From assembly GCA_950097015.1 (NCBI GenBank), contig CATNEN010000001.1, positions 1-64,000 on the forward strand: a stretch of DNA of 64,000 nucleotides. The letters run 5' to 3'. Source of the DNA: Macrostomum hystrix. Lineage: Eukaryota > Animalia > Platyhelminthes. Of this stretch, positions 15,001-30,000 are shown in pieces (position 1 is the first letter of the stretch; each line of letters begins with the position of its first letter). A program made the position numbers and the translations under genes. The notes under the pieces were generated by a model. That model worked only from the letters and a program-made list of their open reading frames with translations, was not told the DNA's origin and made no database searches.

Positions 15001-18000
15001 AGGAACTAAGATGGAATTGGGGTCAGGAACTGAGAGGGGATCAGGGAGAGGAACAGAGAGGGGATCAGTGAGAGGGAACAGAGTGGGGATCAGGGTCAGG
15101 AACTGAGAGGGGATCAGGGAGAGGAACTGAGAGGGGATCAGGGGGAGGAACTGAGAGGGGATCAGGGAGAGAAACTGAGAGGGGATCAGGGAGAGGAACT
15201 GAGAGGGAATTGGGGTCAGGAACTGAGAGGGGATCAGGGAGAGGAACAGAGAGGGGATCAGGGAGAGGAACAGAGTGGGGATCAGGGTCAGGAACTTACA
15301 GGGGATCATGGAGAGGAACTGAGAGGGGATCAGGGGGAGGAACTGGGAGTGGATCAGGGAGAGAAACTGAGAGGGGATCAGGCAGAGGAACTGAGAGTGG
15401 ATCAGGGAGAGGAACTGAGAGGGGATCAGGGAGAGAAACAGAGAGGGGAGTAGGAGAGGAACAGAGTGGGGATTAGGAGAGGAACAGAGAGGGGATTAGG
15501 AGAGGAACATAGAGGGGATTAGGAGGGGAACAGAGAGGGGATTAGGAGAGGAACAGAGTGGGGATTAGGAGAAGAACAGAGTGGGGTGATTTGAATGAGG
15601 AACAGAGAGGGGATTAGGGAGAGGAACTGAGAGGGGATTAGGGAGAGGAACAGAGAGGGGATTAGGGTCAGGAACTGAGAGGGGATCAGGGAGAGGAACT
15701 GAGAGGGGATCAGGGGGAGGAACTGAGAGGGGATCAGGGAGAGAAACTGAGAGGGGATCAGGCAGAGGAACTGAGAGGGGATCAGGGAGAGGAACTGAGA
15801 GGGGATCAGGGTGAGGAACTGAGAGGGGATCAGGGAGAGGAACTGAGAGGGGATTAGGAGAGGAACTGAGAGGGAATTAGGTTAAGGAACTGAGAGGGGA
15901 TCAGGGAGAGGAACAGTGAGGGGATCAGGGAGAGGAACAGAGTGGGGATCAGGGTCAGGAACTGAGAGGGGATCATGGAGAGGAACTGAGAGGGGATCAT
16001 GGAGAGGAACTGAGAGGGGATCAGGGAGAGGAACTGAGAGGGGATCAGGGAGAGGAACTTAGAGGGGATCAGGGAGAGGAACTGAGAGGGAATTGGGGTC
16101 AGGAACTGAGAGGGGACCAGGGAGAGGAACAGAGAGGGGATCAGGGAGAGGAACAGAGTGGGGATCAGGGTCAGGAACTGAGAGGGAATCATGAAGAGGA
16201 ACTGAGAGGGGATCAGGGAGAGGTACTGAGAGTGGATCAGGGAGAGGAACTGAGAGGGGATCAGGGAGAGGAACTGAGAGGGAATCAGAGAGAGGAACTG
16301 AGAGGGAATTGGGGTCAGTAACTGAGAGGGGATCAGGGAGAGGAACTGAGAGGGGATTAGGGACAGGAACTGAGAGGGGATCAGGGAGAGGAACTGAGAG
16401 GGGATCAGGGAGAGGAACTGAGAGGGGATCAGGGAGAGGAACTGAGAGTGGATCAGGTAGAGGAACTGAGAGGGGATCAGGGAGAGGAACTGAGAGGGGA
16501 TCAGGGGGAGGAACTATGAGGGGATCAGGGAGAGGAACTGAGAGGGGATCAGGGAGAGGAACTGAGAGTGGATCAGGGAGAGGACCTGAGAGGGGATCAG
16601 GGAGAGGAACTGAGAGGGGATTAGGAAGAGGAACAGAGGGGATCAGGGAGAGGAACAAAGAGGGGATCAGGGAGAGGAACTGAGAGGGGATCAGGGAGAG
16701 GAACTGAGAGGGGATCATGGAGAGGAACTGAGAGGGGATCAGGGAGAGGAACTGAGAGGCGATTAGGAAGAAGAACAGAGGGGATCAGAGAGAGGAACAG
16801 AGAGGGGATTAGGAAGAGAAACAGAGAGGGGATTAGTAAGAGGAACACAGGGGATTAGGGAGAGGAACAGAGAGTGGATTAGGAATAGGAACAGAGGGGA
16901 TCAGAGAGAGATACAGAGGGGATTAGGGAGAGGAACAGAGGGGGGATTAGGAAGAGGAACAGAGAGGGGATTAGGGTGAGGAACTGAGGGGATCAGGGAG
17001 AGGAACTGAGAGGGGATTAGGGTGAGGAACTGAGAGCGGATTAGGTTGAGGAACAGAGAGGGAATCGGAGAGAGGAACTGAAATGGAATTGGGGTCAGGA
17101 ACTGAGAGGGGATCAGGGTGAGGAACAGAGAGGGGATCAGGGTCAGGAACTGAGAGGGGATCAGGGAGAGGAACTGAGAGGGGATCAGGGAGAGGAACTG
17201 AGAGTGGATCAGGGAGAGGAACTGAGAGGGGATCAGGGAGAGGAACTGAGAGGGGATCAGGGAGAGGAACTGAGAGGGGATCAGGGAGAGGAACTGAGAG
17301 GGAATTAGGAAGAGGAACAGAGGGGATCAGGGAGAGGAACAAAGAGGGGATCAGGGAGAGGAACTGAGAGGGGATCAGGGAGAGGAACTGAGAGGTGATC
17401 ATGGAGAGGAACTGAGAGGCGATTAGGAAGAGGAACAGAGGGGATCAGAGAGAGGAACAGAGAAGGGATTAGGAAGAGAAACAGAGAGGGGATTTGGAAG
17501 AGGAACACAGGGGATGAGGGAGAGGAACAGAGGGTGGATTAGGTATAGGAACAGAGGGGATCAGGGAGAGGAACAGAGAGGGGATTAGGAGAGGAACAGA
17601 GTGGGGATTAGGAGAGGAACAGAGAGGGATTAGGAGAGGAACATAGAGGGGATTTGGAGGGGAACAGAGTGGGGTGATTAGAATGAGGAACAGAGAGGCG
17701 ATTAGGGAGAGGAACTGAGAGGGGATTAGGGAGAGGAACAGAGGGGATCAGAGAGAGATACAGAAAGGATTAGGGAGAGGAACTGAGAGGGGATTAGGGT
17801 GAGGAACAGAGAGGGAATCGGAGAGAGGAACTGAGATGGAATTGGGGTCAGGAACTGAGAGGGGATCAGGGAGAGGAACAGAGAGGGGATCAGTGAGAGG
17901 AACAGAGTGGGGATCAGGGTCAGGAACTGAGAGGGGATCAGGGAGAGGAACTGAGAGGGGATCAGGGGGAGGAACTGAGAGGGGATTAGGGTGAGGAACA

Positions 18001-21000
18001 GAGAGGGAATCGGAGAGAGGAACTAAGATGGAATTGGGGTCAGGAACTGAGAGGGGATCAGGGAGAGGAACAGAGAGGGGATCAGTGAGAGGAACAGAGT
18101 GGGGATCAGGGTCAGGAACTGAGAGGGGATCAGGGAGAGGAACTGAGAGGGGATCAGGGGGAGGAACTGAGAGGGGATCAGGGAGAGAAACTGAGAGGGG
18201 ATCAGGGAGAGGAACTGAGAGGGAATTGGGGTCAGGAACTGAGAGGGGATCAGGGAGAGGAACAGAGAGGGGATCAGGGAGAGGAACAGAGTGGGGATCA
18301 GGGTCAGGAACTTACAGGGGATCATGGAGAGGAACTGAGAGGGGATCAGGGGGAGGAACTGGGAGTGGATCAGGGAGAGAAACTGAGAGGGGATCAGGCA
18401 GAGGAACTGAGAGTGGATCAGGGAGAGGAACTGAGAGGGGATCAGGGAGAGAAACAGAGAGGGGAGTAGGAGAGGAACAGAGTGGGGATTAGGAGAGGAA
18501 CAGAGAGGGGATTAGGAGAGGAACATAGAGGGGATTAGGAGGGGAACAGAGAGGGGATTAGGAGAGGAACAGAGTGGGGATTAGGAGAAGAACAGAGTGG
18601 GGTGATTTGAATGAGGAACAGAGAGGGGATTAGGGAGAGGAACTGAGAGGGGATTAGGGAGAGGAACAGAGAGGGGATTAGGGTCAGGAACTGAGAGGGG
18701 ATCAGGGAGAGGAACTGAGAGGGGATCAGGGGGAGGAACTGAGAGGGGATCAGGGAGAGAAACTGAGAGGGGATCAGGCAGAGGAACTGAGAGGGGATCA
18801 GGGAGAGGAACTGAGAGGGGATCAGGGTGAGGAACTGAGAGGGGATCAGGGAGAGGAACTGAGAGGGGATTAGGAGAGGAACTGAGAGGGAATAAGGTTA
18901 AGGAACTGAGAGGGGATCAGGGAGAGGAACAGTGAGGGGATCAGGGAGAGGAACAGAGTGGGGATCAGGGTCAGGAACTGAGAGGGGATCATGGAGAGGA
19001 ACTGAGAGGGGATCATGGAGAGGAACTGAGAGGGGATCAGGGAGAGGAACTGAGAGGGGATCAGGGAGAGGAACTTAGAGGGGATCAGGGAGAGGAACTG
19101 AGAGGGAATTGGGGTCAGGAACTGAGAGGGGACCAGGGAGAGGAACAGAGAGGGGATCAGGGAGAGGAACAGAGTGGGGATCAGGGTCAGGAACTGAGAG
19201 GGAATCATGGAGAGGAACTGAGAGGGGATCAGGGAGAGGTACTGAGAGTGGATCAGGGAGAGGAACTGAGAGGGGATCAGGGAGAGGAACTGAGAGGGAA
19301 TCAGAGAGAGGAACTGAGAGGGAATTGGGGTCAGTAACTGAGAGGGGATCAGGGAGAGGAACTGAGAGGGGATTAGGGACAGGAACTGAGAGGGGATCAG
19401 GGAGAGGAACTGAGAGGGGATCAGGGAGAGGAACTGAGAGGGGATCAGGGAGAGGAACTGAGAGTGGATCAGGTAGAGGAACTGAGAGGGGATCAGGGAG
19501 AGGAACTGAGAGGGGATCAGGGGGAGGAACTATGAGGGGATCAGGGAGAGGAACTGAGAGGGGATCAGGGAGAGGAACTGAGAGTGGATCAGGGAGAGGA
19601 CCTGAGAGGGGATCAGGGAGAGGAACTGAGAGGGGATTAGGAAGAGGAACAGAGGGATCAGGGAGAGGAACAAAGAGGGGATCAGGGAGAGGAACTGAGA
19701 GGGGATCAGGGAGAGGAACTGAGAGGGGATCATGGAGAGGAACTGAGAGGGGATCAGGGAGAGGAACTGAGAGGCGATTAGGAAGAGGAACAGAGGGGAT
19801 CAGAGAGAGGAACAGAGAGGGGATTAGGAAGAGAAACAGAGAGGGGATTAGTAAGAGGAACACAGGGGATCAAGGAGAGGAACAGAGAGTGGATTAGGAA
19901 TAGGAACAGAGGGGATCAGGGAGAGGAACAGAGAGGGGATTAGGAGAGGAACAGAGGGGATCAGAGAGAGATACAGAAAGGATTAGGGAGAGGAACTGAG
20001 AGGGGATTAGGGTGAGGAACAGAGAGGGAATCGGAGAGAGGAACTGAGATGGAATTGGGGTCAGGAACTGAGAGGGGATCAGGGAGAGGAACAGAGAGGG
20101 GATCAGTGAGAGGAACAGAGTGGGGATCAGGGTCAGGAACTGAGAGGGGATCAGGGAGAGGAACTGAGAGGGGATCAGGGGGAGGAACTGAGAGGGGATT
20201 AGGGTGAGGAACAGAGAGGGAATCGGAGAGAGGAACTAAGATGGAATTGGGGTCAGGAACTGAGAGGGGATCAGGGAGAGGAACAGAGAGGGGATCAGTG
20301 AGAGGAACAGAGTGGGGATCAGGGTCAGGAACTGAGAGGGGATCAGGGAGAGGAACTGAGAGGGGATCAGGGGGAGGAACTGAGAGGGGATCAGGGAGAG
20401 AAACTGAGAGGGGATCAGGGAGAGGAACTGAGAGGGAATTGGGGTCAGGAACTGAGAGGGGATCAGGGAGAGGAACAGAGAGGGGATCAGGGAGAGGAAC
20501 AGAGTGGGGATCAGGGTCAGGAACTTACAGGGGATCATGGAGAGGAACTGAGAGGGGATCAGGGGGAGGAACTGGGAGTGGATCAGGGAGAGAAACTGAG
20601 AGGGGATCAGGCAGAGGAACTGAGAGTGGATCAGGGAGAGGAACTGAGAGGGGATCAGGGAGAGAAACAGAGAGGGGAGTAGGAGAGGAACAGAGTGGGG
20701 ATTAGGAGAGGAACAGAGAGGGGATTAGGAGAGGAACATAGAGGGGATTAGGAGGGGAACAGAGAGGGGATTAGGAGAGGAACAGAGTGGGGATTAGGAG
20801 AAGAACAGAGTGGGGTGATTTGAATGAGGAACAGAGAGGGGATTAGGGAGAGGAACTGAGAGGGGATTAGGGAGAGGAACAGAGAGGGGATTAGGGTCAG
20901 GAACTGAGAGGGGATCAGGGAGAGGAACTGAGAGGGGATCAGGGGGAGGAACTGAGAGGGGATCAGGGAGAGAAACTGAGAGGGGATCAGGCAGAGGAAC

Positions 21001-24000
21001 TGAGAGGGGATCAGGGAGAGGAACTGAGAGGGGATCAGGGTGAGGAACTGAGAGGGGATCAGGGAGAGGAACTGAGAGGGGATTAGGAGAGGAACTGAGA
21101 GGGAATAAGGTTAAGGAACTGAGAGGGGATCAGGGAGAGGAACAGTGAGGGGATCAGGGAGAGGAACAGAGTGGGGATCAGGGTCAGGAACTGAGAGGGG
21201 ATCATGGAGAGGAACTGAGAGGGGATCATGGAGAGGAACTGAGAGGGGATCAGGGAGAGGAACTGAGAGGGGATCAGGGAGAGGAACTTAGAGGGGATCA
21301 GGGAGAGGAACTGAGAGGGAATTGGGGTCAGGAACTGAGAGGGGACCAGGGAGAGGAACAGAGAGGGGATCAGGGAGAGGAACAGAGTGGGGATCAGGGT
21401 CAGGAACTGAGAGGGAATCATGGAGAGGAACTGAGAGGGGATCAGGGAGAGGTACTGAGAGTGGATCAGGGAGAGGAACTGAGAGGGGATCAGGGAGAGG
21501 AACTGAGAGGGAATCAGAGAGAGGAACTGAGAGGGAATTGGGGTCAGTAACTGAGAGGGGATCAGGGAGAGGAACTGAGAGGGGATTAGGGACAGGAACT
21601 GAGAGGGGATCAGGGAGAGGAACTGAGAGGGGATCAGGGAGAGGAACTGAGAGGGGATCAGGGAGAGGAACTGAGAGTGGATCAGGTAGAGGAACTGAGA
21701 GGGGATCAGGGAGAGGAACTGAGAGGGGATCAGGGGGAGGAACTATGAGGGGATCAGGGAGAGGAACTGAGAGGGGATCAGGGAGAGGAACTGAGAGTGG
21801 ATCAGGGAGAGGACCTGAGAGGGGATCAGGGAGAGGAACTGAGAGGGGATTAGGAAGAGGAACAGAGGGATCAGGGAGAGGAACAAAGAGGGGATCAGGG
21901 AGAGGAACTGAGAGGGGATCAGGGAGAGGAACTGAGAGGGGATCATGGAGAGGAACTGAGAGGGGATCAGGGAGAGGAACTGAGAGGCGATTAGGAAGAG
22001 GAACAGAGGGGATCAGAGAGAGGAACAGAGAGGGGATTAGGAAGAGAAACAGAGAGGGGATTAGTAAGAGGAACACAGGGGATCAAGGAGAGGAACAGAG
22101 AGTGGATTAGGAATAGGAACAGAGGGGATCAGGGAGAGGAACAGAGAGGGGATTAGGAGAGGAACAGAGGGGATCAGAGAGAGATACAGAAAGGATTAGG
22201 GAGAGGAACTGAGAGGGGATTAGGGTGAGGAACAGAGAGGGAATCGGAGAGAGGAACTGAGATGGAATTGGGGTCAGGAACTGAGAGGGGATCAGGGAGA
22301 GGAACAGAGAGGGGATCAGTGAGAGGAACAGAGTGGGGATCAGGGTCAGGAACTGAGAGGGGATCAGGGAGAGGAACTGAGAGGGGATCAGGGGGAGGAA
22401 CTGAGAGGGGATTAGGGTGAGGAACAGAGAGGGAATCGGAGAGAGGAATTAAGATGGAATTGGGGTCAGGAACTGAGAGGGGATTAGGGAGAGGAACAGA
22501 GAGGGGATCAGTGAGAGGAACAGAGTGGGGATCAGGGTCAGGAACTGAGAGGGGATCAGGGAGAGGAACTGAGAGGGGATCAGGGGGAGGAACTGAGAGG
22601 GGATCAGGGAGAGAAACTGAGAGGGGATCAGGGAGAGGAACTGAGAGGGAATTGGGGTCAGGAACTGAGAGGGGATCAGGGAGAGGAACAGAGAGGGGAT
22701 CAGGGAGAGGAACAGAGTGGGGATCAGGGTCAGGAACTTACAGGGGATCATGGAGAGGAACTGAGAGGGGATCAGGGGGAGGAACTGGGAGTGGATCAGG
22801 GAGAGAAACTGAGAGGGGATCAGGCAGAGGAACTGAGAGTGGATCAGGGAGAGGAACTGAGAGGGGATCAGGGAGAGAAACAGAGAGGGGAGTAGGAGAG
22901 GAACAGAGTGGGGATTAGGAGAGGAACAGAGAGGGGATTAGGAGAGGAACATAGAGGGGATTAGGAGGGGAACAGAGAGGGGATTAGGAGAGGAACAGAG
23001 TGGGGATTAGGAGAAGTACAGAGTGGGGTGATTTGAATGAGGAACAGAGAGGGGATTAGGGAGAGGAACTGAGAGGGGATTAGGGAGAGGAACAGAGAGG
23101 GGATTAGGGTCAGGAACTGAGAGGGGATCAGGGAGAGGAACTGAGAGGGGATCAGGGGGAGGAACTGAGAGGGGATCAGGGAGAGAAACTGAGAGGGGAT
23201 CAGGCAGAGGAACTGAGAGGGGATCAGGGAGAGGAACTGAGAGGGGATCAGGGTGAGGAACTGAGAGGGGATCAGGGAGAGGAACTGAGAGGGGATTAGG
23301 AGAGGAACTGAGAGGGAATTAGGTTAAGGAACTGAGAGGGGATCAGGGAGAGGAACAGTGAGGGGATCAGGGAGAGGAACAGAGTGGGGATCAGGGTCAG
23401 GAACTGAGAGGGGATCATGGAGAGGAACTGAGAGGGGATCATGGAGAGGAACTGAGAGGGGATCAGGGAGAGGAACTGAGAGGGGATCAGGGAGAGGAAC
23501 TTAGAGGGGATCAGGGAGAGGAACTGAGAGGGAATTGGGGTCAGGAACTGAGAGGGGACCAGGGAGAGGAACAGAGAGGGGATCAGGGAGAGGAACAGAG
23601 TGGGGATCAGGGTCAGGAACTGAGAGGGAATCATGGAGAGGAACTGAGAGGGGATCAGGGAGAGGTACTGAGAGTGGATCAGGGAGAGGAACTGAGAGGG
23701 GATCAGGGAGAGGAACTGAGAGGGAATCAGAGAGAGGAACTGAGAGGGAATTGGGGTCAGTAACTGAGAGGGGATCAGGGAGAGGAACTGAGAGGGGATT
23801 AGGGACAGGAAGTGAGAGGGGATCAGGGAGAGGAACTGAGAGGGGATCAGGGAGAGGAACTGAGAGGGGATCAGGGAGAGGAACTGAGAGTGGATCAGGT
23901 AGAGGAACTGAGAGGGGATCAGGGAGAGGAACTGAGAGGGGATCAGGGGGAGGAACTATGAGGGGATCAGGGAGAGGAACTGAGAGGGGATCAGGGAGAG

Positions 24001-27000
24001 GAACTGAGAGTGGATCAGGGAGAGGACCTGAGAGGGGATCAGGGAGAGGAACTGAGAGGGGATTAGGAAGAGGAACAGAGGGGATCAGGGAGAGGAACAA
24101 AGAGGGGATCAGGGAGAGGAACTGAGAGGGGATCAGGGAGAGGAACTGAGAGGGGATCATGGAGAGGAACTGAGAGGGGATCAGGGAGAGGAACAGAGAG
24201 TGGATTAGGAATAGGAACAGAGGGGATCAGGGAGAGGAACAGAGAGGGGATTAGGAGAGGAACAGAGTGGGGATTACTAGAGGAACAGAGAGGGATTAGG
24301 AGAGGAACATAGAGGGGATTAGGAGGGGAACAGAGTGGGGTGATTAGAGTGAGGAACAGAGAGGGGATTAGGGAGAGGAACTGAGAGGGGATTAGGGAGA
24401 GGAACAGAGGGGATCAGAGAGAGATACAGAGGGGATTAGGGAGAGGAACAGAGGGGGGATTAGGAAGAGGAACAGAGAGGGGATTTGGGTGAGGAACAGA
24501 GGGGATCAGGGAGAGGAACTGAGAGGGGATTAGGGTGAGGAACTGAGAGGGGATTAGGGTGAGTAACAGAGAGGGAATCGGAGAGGGGAACTGAGATGGA
24601 ATTGGGGTCAGGAACTGAGAGGGGATCAGGGAGAGGAACAGAGAGGGGATCAGGAAGAGGAACAGAGTGGGGATCAGGGTCAGGAACTGAGAGGGGATCA
24701 GAGAGAGGAACTGAGAGGGGATCAGGGGGAGGAACTGAGAGGGGATCAGGGAGAGAAACTGAGAGGGGATCAGGCAGAGGAACTTAGAGGGGATCAGGGA
24801 GAGGAACTGAGAGGGGATCAGGGTGAGGAACTGAGAGGGGATTAGGAGAGGAACTGAGAGGGAATTGGGGTCAGTAACTTAGAGGGGATCAGGGAGAGGA
24901 ACAGAGAGGGGATCAGGGAGAGGAACAGAGTGGGGATCAGGGTCAGGAACTGAGAGGGGATCATGGAGAGGAACTGATAGGGGATCAGGGAGAGGAACTG
25001 AGAGGGGATCAGGGAGAGGAACTGAGAGGGGATCAGGGAGAGGAACTGAGAGGGGATCAGGGAGAGGAACTGAGAGGGGATCTGGGAGAGGAACTGAGAG
25101 GGGATTAGGGAGGGGAACAGAGAGGGGATTAGGGTGAGGAACAGAGGGGATCAGGGAGAGGAACAGAGAGGGGATCAGGGAGAGGAACAGAGTGGGGATC
25201 AGGGTCAGGAACTGAGAGGGAATCATGGAGAGGAACTGAGAGGGGATCAGGGAGAGGTACTGAGAGTGGATCAGGGAGAGGAACTGAGAGGGGATCAGGG
25301 AGAGGAACTGAGAGGGAATCAGAGAGAGGAACTGAGAGGGAATTGGGGTCAGTAACTGAGAGGGGATCAGGGAGAGGAACTGAGAGGGGATCAGGGAGAG
25401 GAACTGAGAGGGGATCAGGGTCAGGAACTGAGAGGGGATCAGGGAGAGGAACAGAGAGGGAATCGGAGAGAGGAACTGAAATGGAATTGGGGTCAGGAAC
25501 TGAGAGGGGATCAGGGTGAGGAACAGAGAGGGGATCAGGGTCAGGAACTGAGAGGGGATCAGGGAGAGGAACTGAGAGGGGATCAGGGAGAGGAACTGAG
25601 AGTGGATCAGGGAGAGGAACTGAGAGGGGATCAGGGAGAGGAACTGAGAGGGGATCAGGGAGAGGAACTGAGAGGGGATCAGGGAGAGGAACTGAGAGGG
25701 AATTAGGAAGAGGAACAGAGGGGAACAGGCAGAGGAACAAAGAGGGGATCAGGGAGAGGAACTGAGAGGGGATCAGGGAGAGGAACTGAGAGGTGATCAT
25801 GGAGAGGAACTGAGAGGCGATTAGGAAGAGGAACAGAGGGGATCAGAGAGAGGAACAGAGAGGGGATTAGGAAGAGAAACAGAGAGGGGATTAGGAAGAG
25901 GAACACAGGGGATGAGGGAGAGGAACAGAGAGTGGATTAGGAATAGGAACAGAGGGGATCAGGGAGAGGAACAGAGAGGGGATTAGGAGAGGAACAGAGT
26001 GGGGATTAGGAGAGGAACAGAGAGGGATTAGGAGAGGAACATAGAGGGGATTTGGAGGGGAACAGAGTGGGGTGATTAGAATGAGGAACAGAGAGGCGAT
26101 TAGGGAGAGGAACTGAGAGGGGATTAGGGAGAGGAACAGAGGGGATCAGAGAGAGATACAGAAAGGATTAGGGAGAGGAACTGAGAGGGGATTAGGGTGA
26201 GGAACAGAGAGGGAATCGGAGAGAGGAACTGAGATGGAATTGGGGTCAGGAACTGAGAGGGGATCAGGGAGAGGAACAGAGTGGGGATCAGGGTCAGGAA
26301 CTGAGAGGGGATCAGGGAGAGGAACTGAGAGGGGATCAGGGGGAGGAACTGAGAGGGGATTAGGGTGAGGAACAGAGAGGGAATCGGAGAGAGGAACTAA
26401 GATGGAATTGGGGTCAGGAACTGAGAGGGGATCAGGGAGAGGAACAGAGAGGGGATCAGTGAGAGGAACAGAGTGGGGATCAGGGTCAGGAACTGAGAGG
26501 GGATCAGGGAGAGGAACTGAGAGGGGATCAGGGGGAGGAACTGAGAGGGGATCAGGGAGAGAAACTGAGAGGGGATCAGGGAGAGGAACTGAGAGGGAAT
26601 TGGGGTCAGGAACTGAGAGGGGATCAGGGAGAGGAACAGAGAGGGGATCAGGGAGAGGAACAGAGTGGGGATCAGGGTCAGGAACTTACAGGGGATCATG
26701 GAGAGGAACTGAGAGGGGATCAGGGGGAGGAACTGGGAGTGGATCAGGGAGAGAAACTGAGAGGGGATCAGGCAGAGGAACTGAGAGTGGATCAGGGAGA
26801 GGAACTGAGAGGGGATCAGGGAGAGAAACAGAGAGGGGAGTAGGAGAGGAACAGAGTGGGGATTAGGAGAGGAACAGAGAGGGGATTAGGAGAGGAACAT
26901 AGAGGGGATTAGGAGGGGAACAGAGAGGGGATTAGGAGAGGAACAGAGTGAGGATTAGGAGAAGAACAGAGTGGGGTGATTTGAATGAGGAACAGAGAGG

Positions 27001-30000
27001 GGATTAGGGAGAGGAACTGAGAGGGGATTAGGGAGAGGAACAGAGAGGGGATTAGGGTCAGGAACTGAGAGGGGATCAGGGAGAGGAACTGAGAGGGGAT
27101 CAGGGGGAGGAACTGAGAGGGGATCAGGGAGAGAAACTGAGAGGGGATCAGGCAGAGGAACTGAGAGGGGATCAGGGAGAGGAACTGAGAGGGGATCAGG
27201 GTGAGGAACTGAGAGGGGATCAGGGAGAGGAACTGAGAGGGGATTAGGAGAGGAACTGAGAGGGAATTAGGTTTAGGAACTGAGAGGGGATCAGGGAGAG
27301 GAACAGTGAGGGGATCAGGGAGAGGAACAGAGTGGGGATCAGGGTCAGGAACTGAGAGGGGATCATGGAGAGGAACTGAGAGGGGATCATGGAGAGGAAC
27401 TGAGAGGGGATCAGGGAGAGGAACTGAGAGGGGATCAGGGAGAGGAACTTAGAGGGGATCAGGGAGAGGAACTGAGAGGGAATTGGGGTCAGGAACTGAG
27501 AGGGGACCAGGGAGAGGAACAGAGAGGGGATCAGGGAGAGGAACAGAGTGGGGATCAGGGTCAGGAACTGAGAGGGAATCATGGAGAGGAACTGAGAGGG
27601 GATCAGGGAGAGGTACTGAGAGTGGATCAGGGAGAGGAACTGAGAGGGGATCAGGGAGAGGAACTGAGAGGGAATCAGAGAGAGGAACTGAGAGGGAATT
27701 GGGGTCAGTAACTGAGAGGGGATCAGGGAGAGGAACTGAGAGGGGATTAGGGACAGGAACTGAGAGGGGATCAGGGAGAGGAACTGAGAGGGGATCAGGG
27801 AGAGGAACTGAGAGGGGATCAGGGAGAGGAACTGAGAGTGGATCAGGTAGAGGAACTGAGAGGGGATCAGGGAGAGGAACTGAGAGGGGATCAGGGGGAG
27901 GAACTATGAGGGGATCAGGGAGAGGAACTGAGAGGGGATCAGGGAGAGGAACTGAGAGTGGATCAGGGAGAGGACCTGAGAGGGGATCAGGGAGAGGAAC
28001 TGAGAGGGGATTAGGAAGAGGAACAGAGGGGATCAGGGAGAGGAACAAAGAGGGGATCAGGGAGAGGAACTGAGAGGGGATCAGGGAGAGGAACTGAGAG
28101 GGGATCATGGAGAGGAACTGAGAGGGGATCAGGGAGAGGAACTGAGAGGCGATTAGGAAGAGGAACAGAGGGGATCAGAGAGAGGAACAGAGAGGGGATT
28201 AGGAAGAGAAACAGAGAGGGGATTAGTAAGAGGAACACAGGGGATTAGGGAGAGGAACAGAGAGTGGATTAGGAATAGGAACAGAGGGGATCAGGGAGAG
28301 GAACAGAGAGGGGATTAGGAGAGGAACAGAGTGGGGATTAGGAGAGGAACAGAGAGGGATTAGGAGAGGAACATAGAGGGGATTAGGAGGGGAACAGAGT
28401 GGGGTGATTAGAGTGAGGAACAGAGAGGGGATTAGGGAGAGGAACTGAGAGGGGATTAGGGAGAGGAACAGAGGGGATCAGAGAGAGATACAGAGGGGAT
28501 TAGGGAGAGGAACAGAGGGGGGATTAGGAAGAGGAACAGAGAGGGGATTTGGGTGAGGAACAGAGGGGATCAGGGAGAGGAACTGAGAGGGGATTAGGGT
28601 GAGGAACTGAGAGGGGATTAGGGTGAGTAACAGAGAGGGAATCGGAGAGAGGAACTGAGATGGAATTGGGGTCAGGAACTGAGAGGGGATCAGGGAGAGG
28701 AACAGAGAGGGGATCAGGGAGAGGAATAGAGTGGGGATCAGGGTCAGGAACTGAGAGTGGATCATGGAGAGGAACTGATAGGGGATCAGGGAGAGGAACT
28801 GAGAGGGGATCAGGGAGAGGAACTGAGAGGGGATCAGGGAGAGGAACTGAGAGGGGATCAGGGAGAGGAACTGAGAGGGGATCAGGGAGAGGAACTGAGA
28901 GGGGATTAGGGAGGGGAACAGAGAGGGGATTAGGGTGAGGAACAGAGGGGATCAGGGAGAGGAACAGAGAGGGGATCAGGGAGAGGAACAGAGTGGGGAT
29001 CAGGGTCAGGAACTGAGAGGGAATCATGGAGAGGAACTGAGAGGGGATCAGGGAGAGGTACTGAGAGTGGATCAGGCAGAGGAACTGAGAGGGGATCAGG
29101 GAGAGGAACTGAGAGGGAATCAGAGAGAGGAACTGAGAGGGAATTGGGGTCAGTAACTGAGAGGGGATCAGGGAGAGGAACTGAGTGGGGATCAGGGAGA
29201 GGAACTGAGAGGGGATCAGGGCGAGGAACTGAGAGGGGATCAGGGAGAGGAACTGAGAGTGGATCAGGGAGAGGAACTGAGAGGGGATCAGGGAGAGGAA
29301 CTGAGAGGGGATCAGGGGGAGGAACTATGAGGGGATCAGGGAGAGGAACTGAGAGGGGATCAGGGAGAGGAACTGAGAGTGGATCAGGGAGAGGAACTGA
29401 GAGGGGATCAGGGAGAGGAACTGAGAGGGGATCAGGGAGAGGAACTGAGAGGGGATCAGGGAGAGGAACTGAGAGGGAATTAGGAAGAGGAACAGAGGGG
29501 ATCAGGGAGAGGAACAAAGAGGGGATCAGGGAGAGGAACTGAGAGGGGATCAGGGAGAGGAACTGAGAGGGGATCATGGAGAGGAACTGAGAGGCGATTA
29601 GGAAGAGGAACAGAGGGGATCAGAGAGAGGAACTGAGAGGGGATTAGGAAGAGAAACAGAGAGGGGATTAGGAAGAGGAACACAGGGGATGAGGGAGAGG
29701 AACAGAGAGTGGATTAGGAATAGGAACAGAGGGGATCAGGGAGAGGAACAGAGTGGGGATTAGGAGAGAAACAGAGTGGGGATTAGGAGAGGAACAGAGA
29801 GGGATTAGGAGAGGAAAATAGAGGGGATTAGGAGGGGAACAGAGTGGGGTGATTAGAATGAGGAACAGAGAGGGGATTAGGGAGAGGAACTGAGAGGGGA
29901 TTACGGAGAGGAACAAAGGGGATCAGAGAGAGATACAGAGGGGATTAGGGAGAGGAACAGAGGTGGATTAGGAAGAGGAACAGAGAGGGGATTAGGGTGA

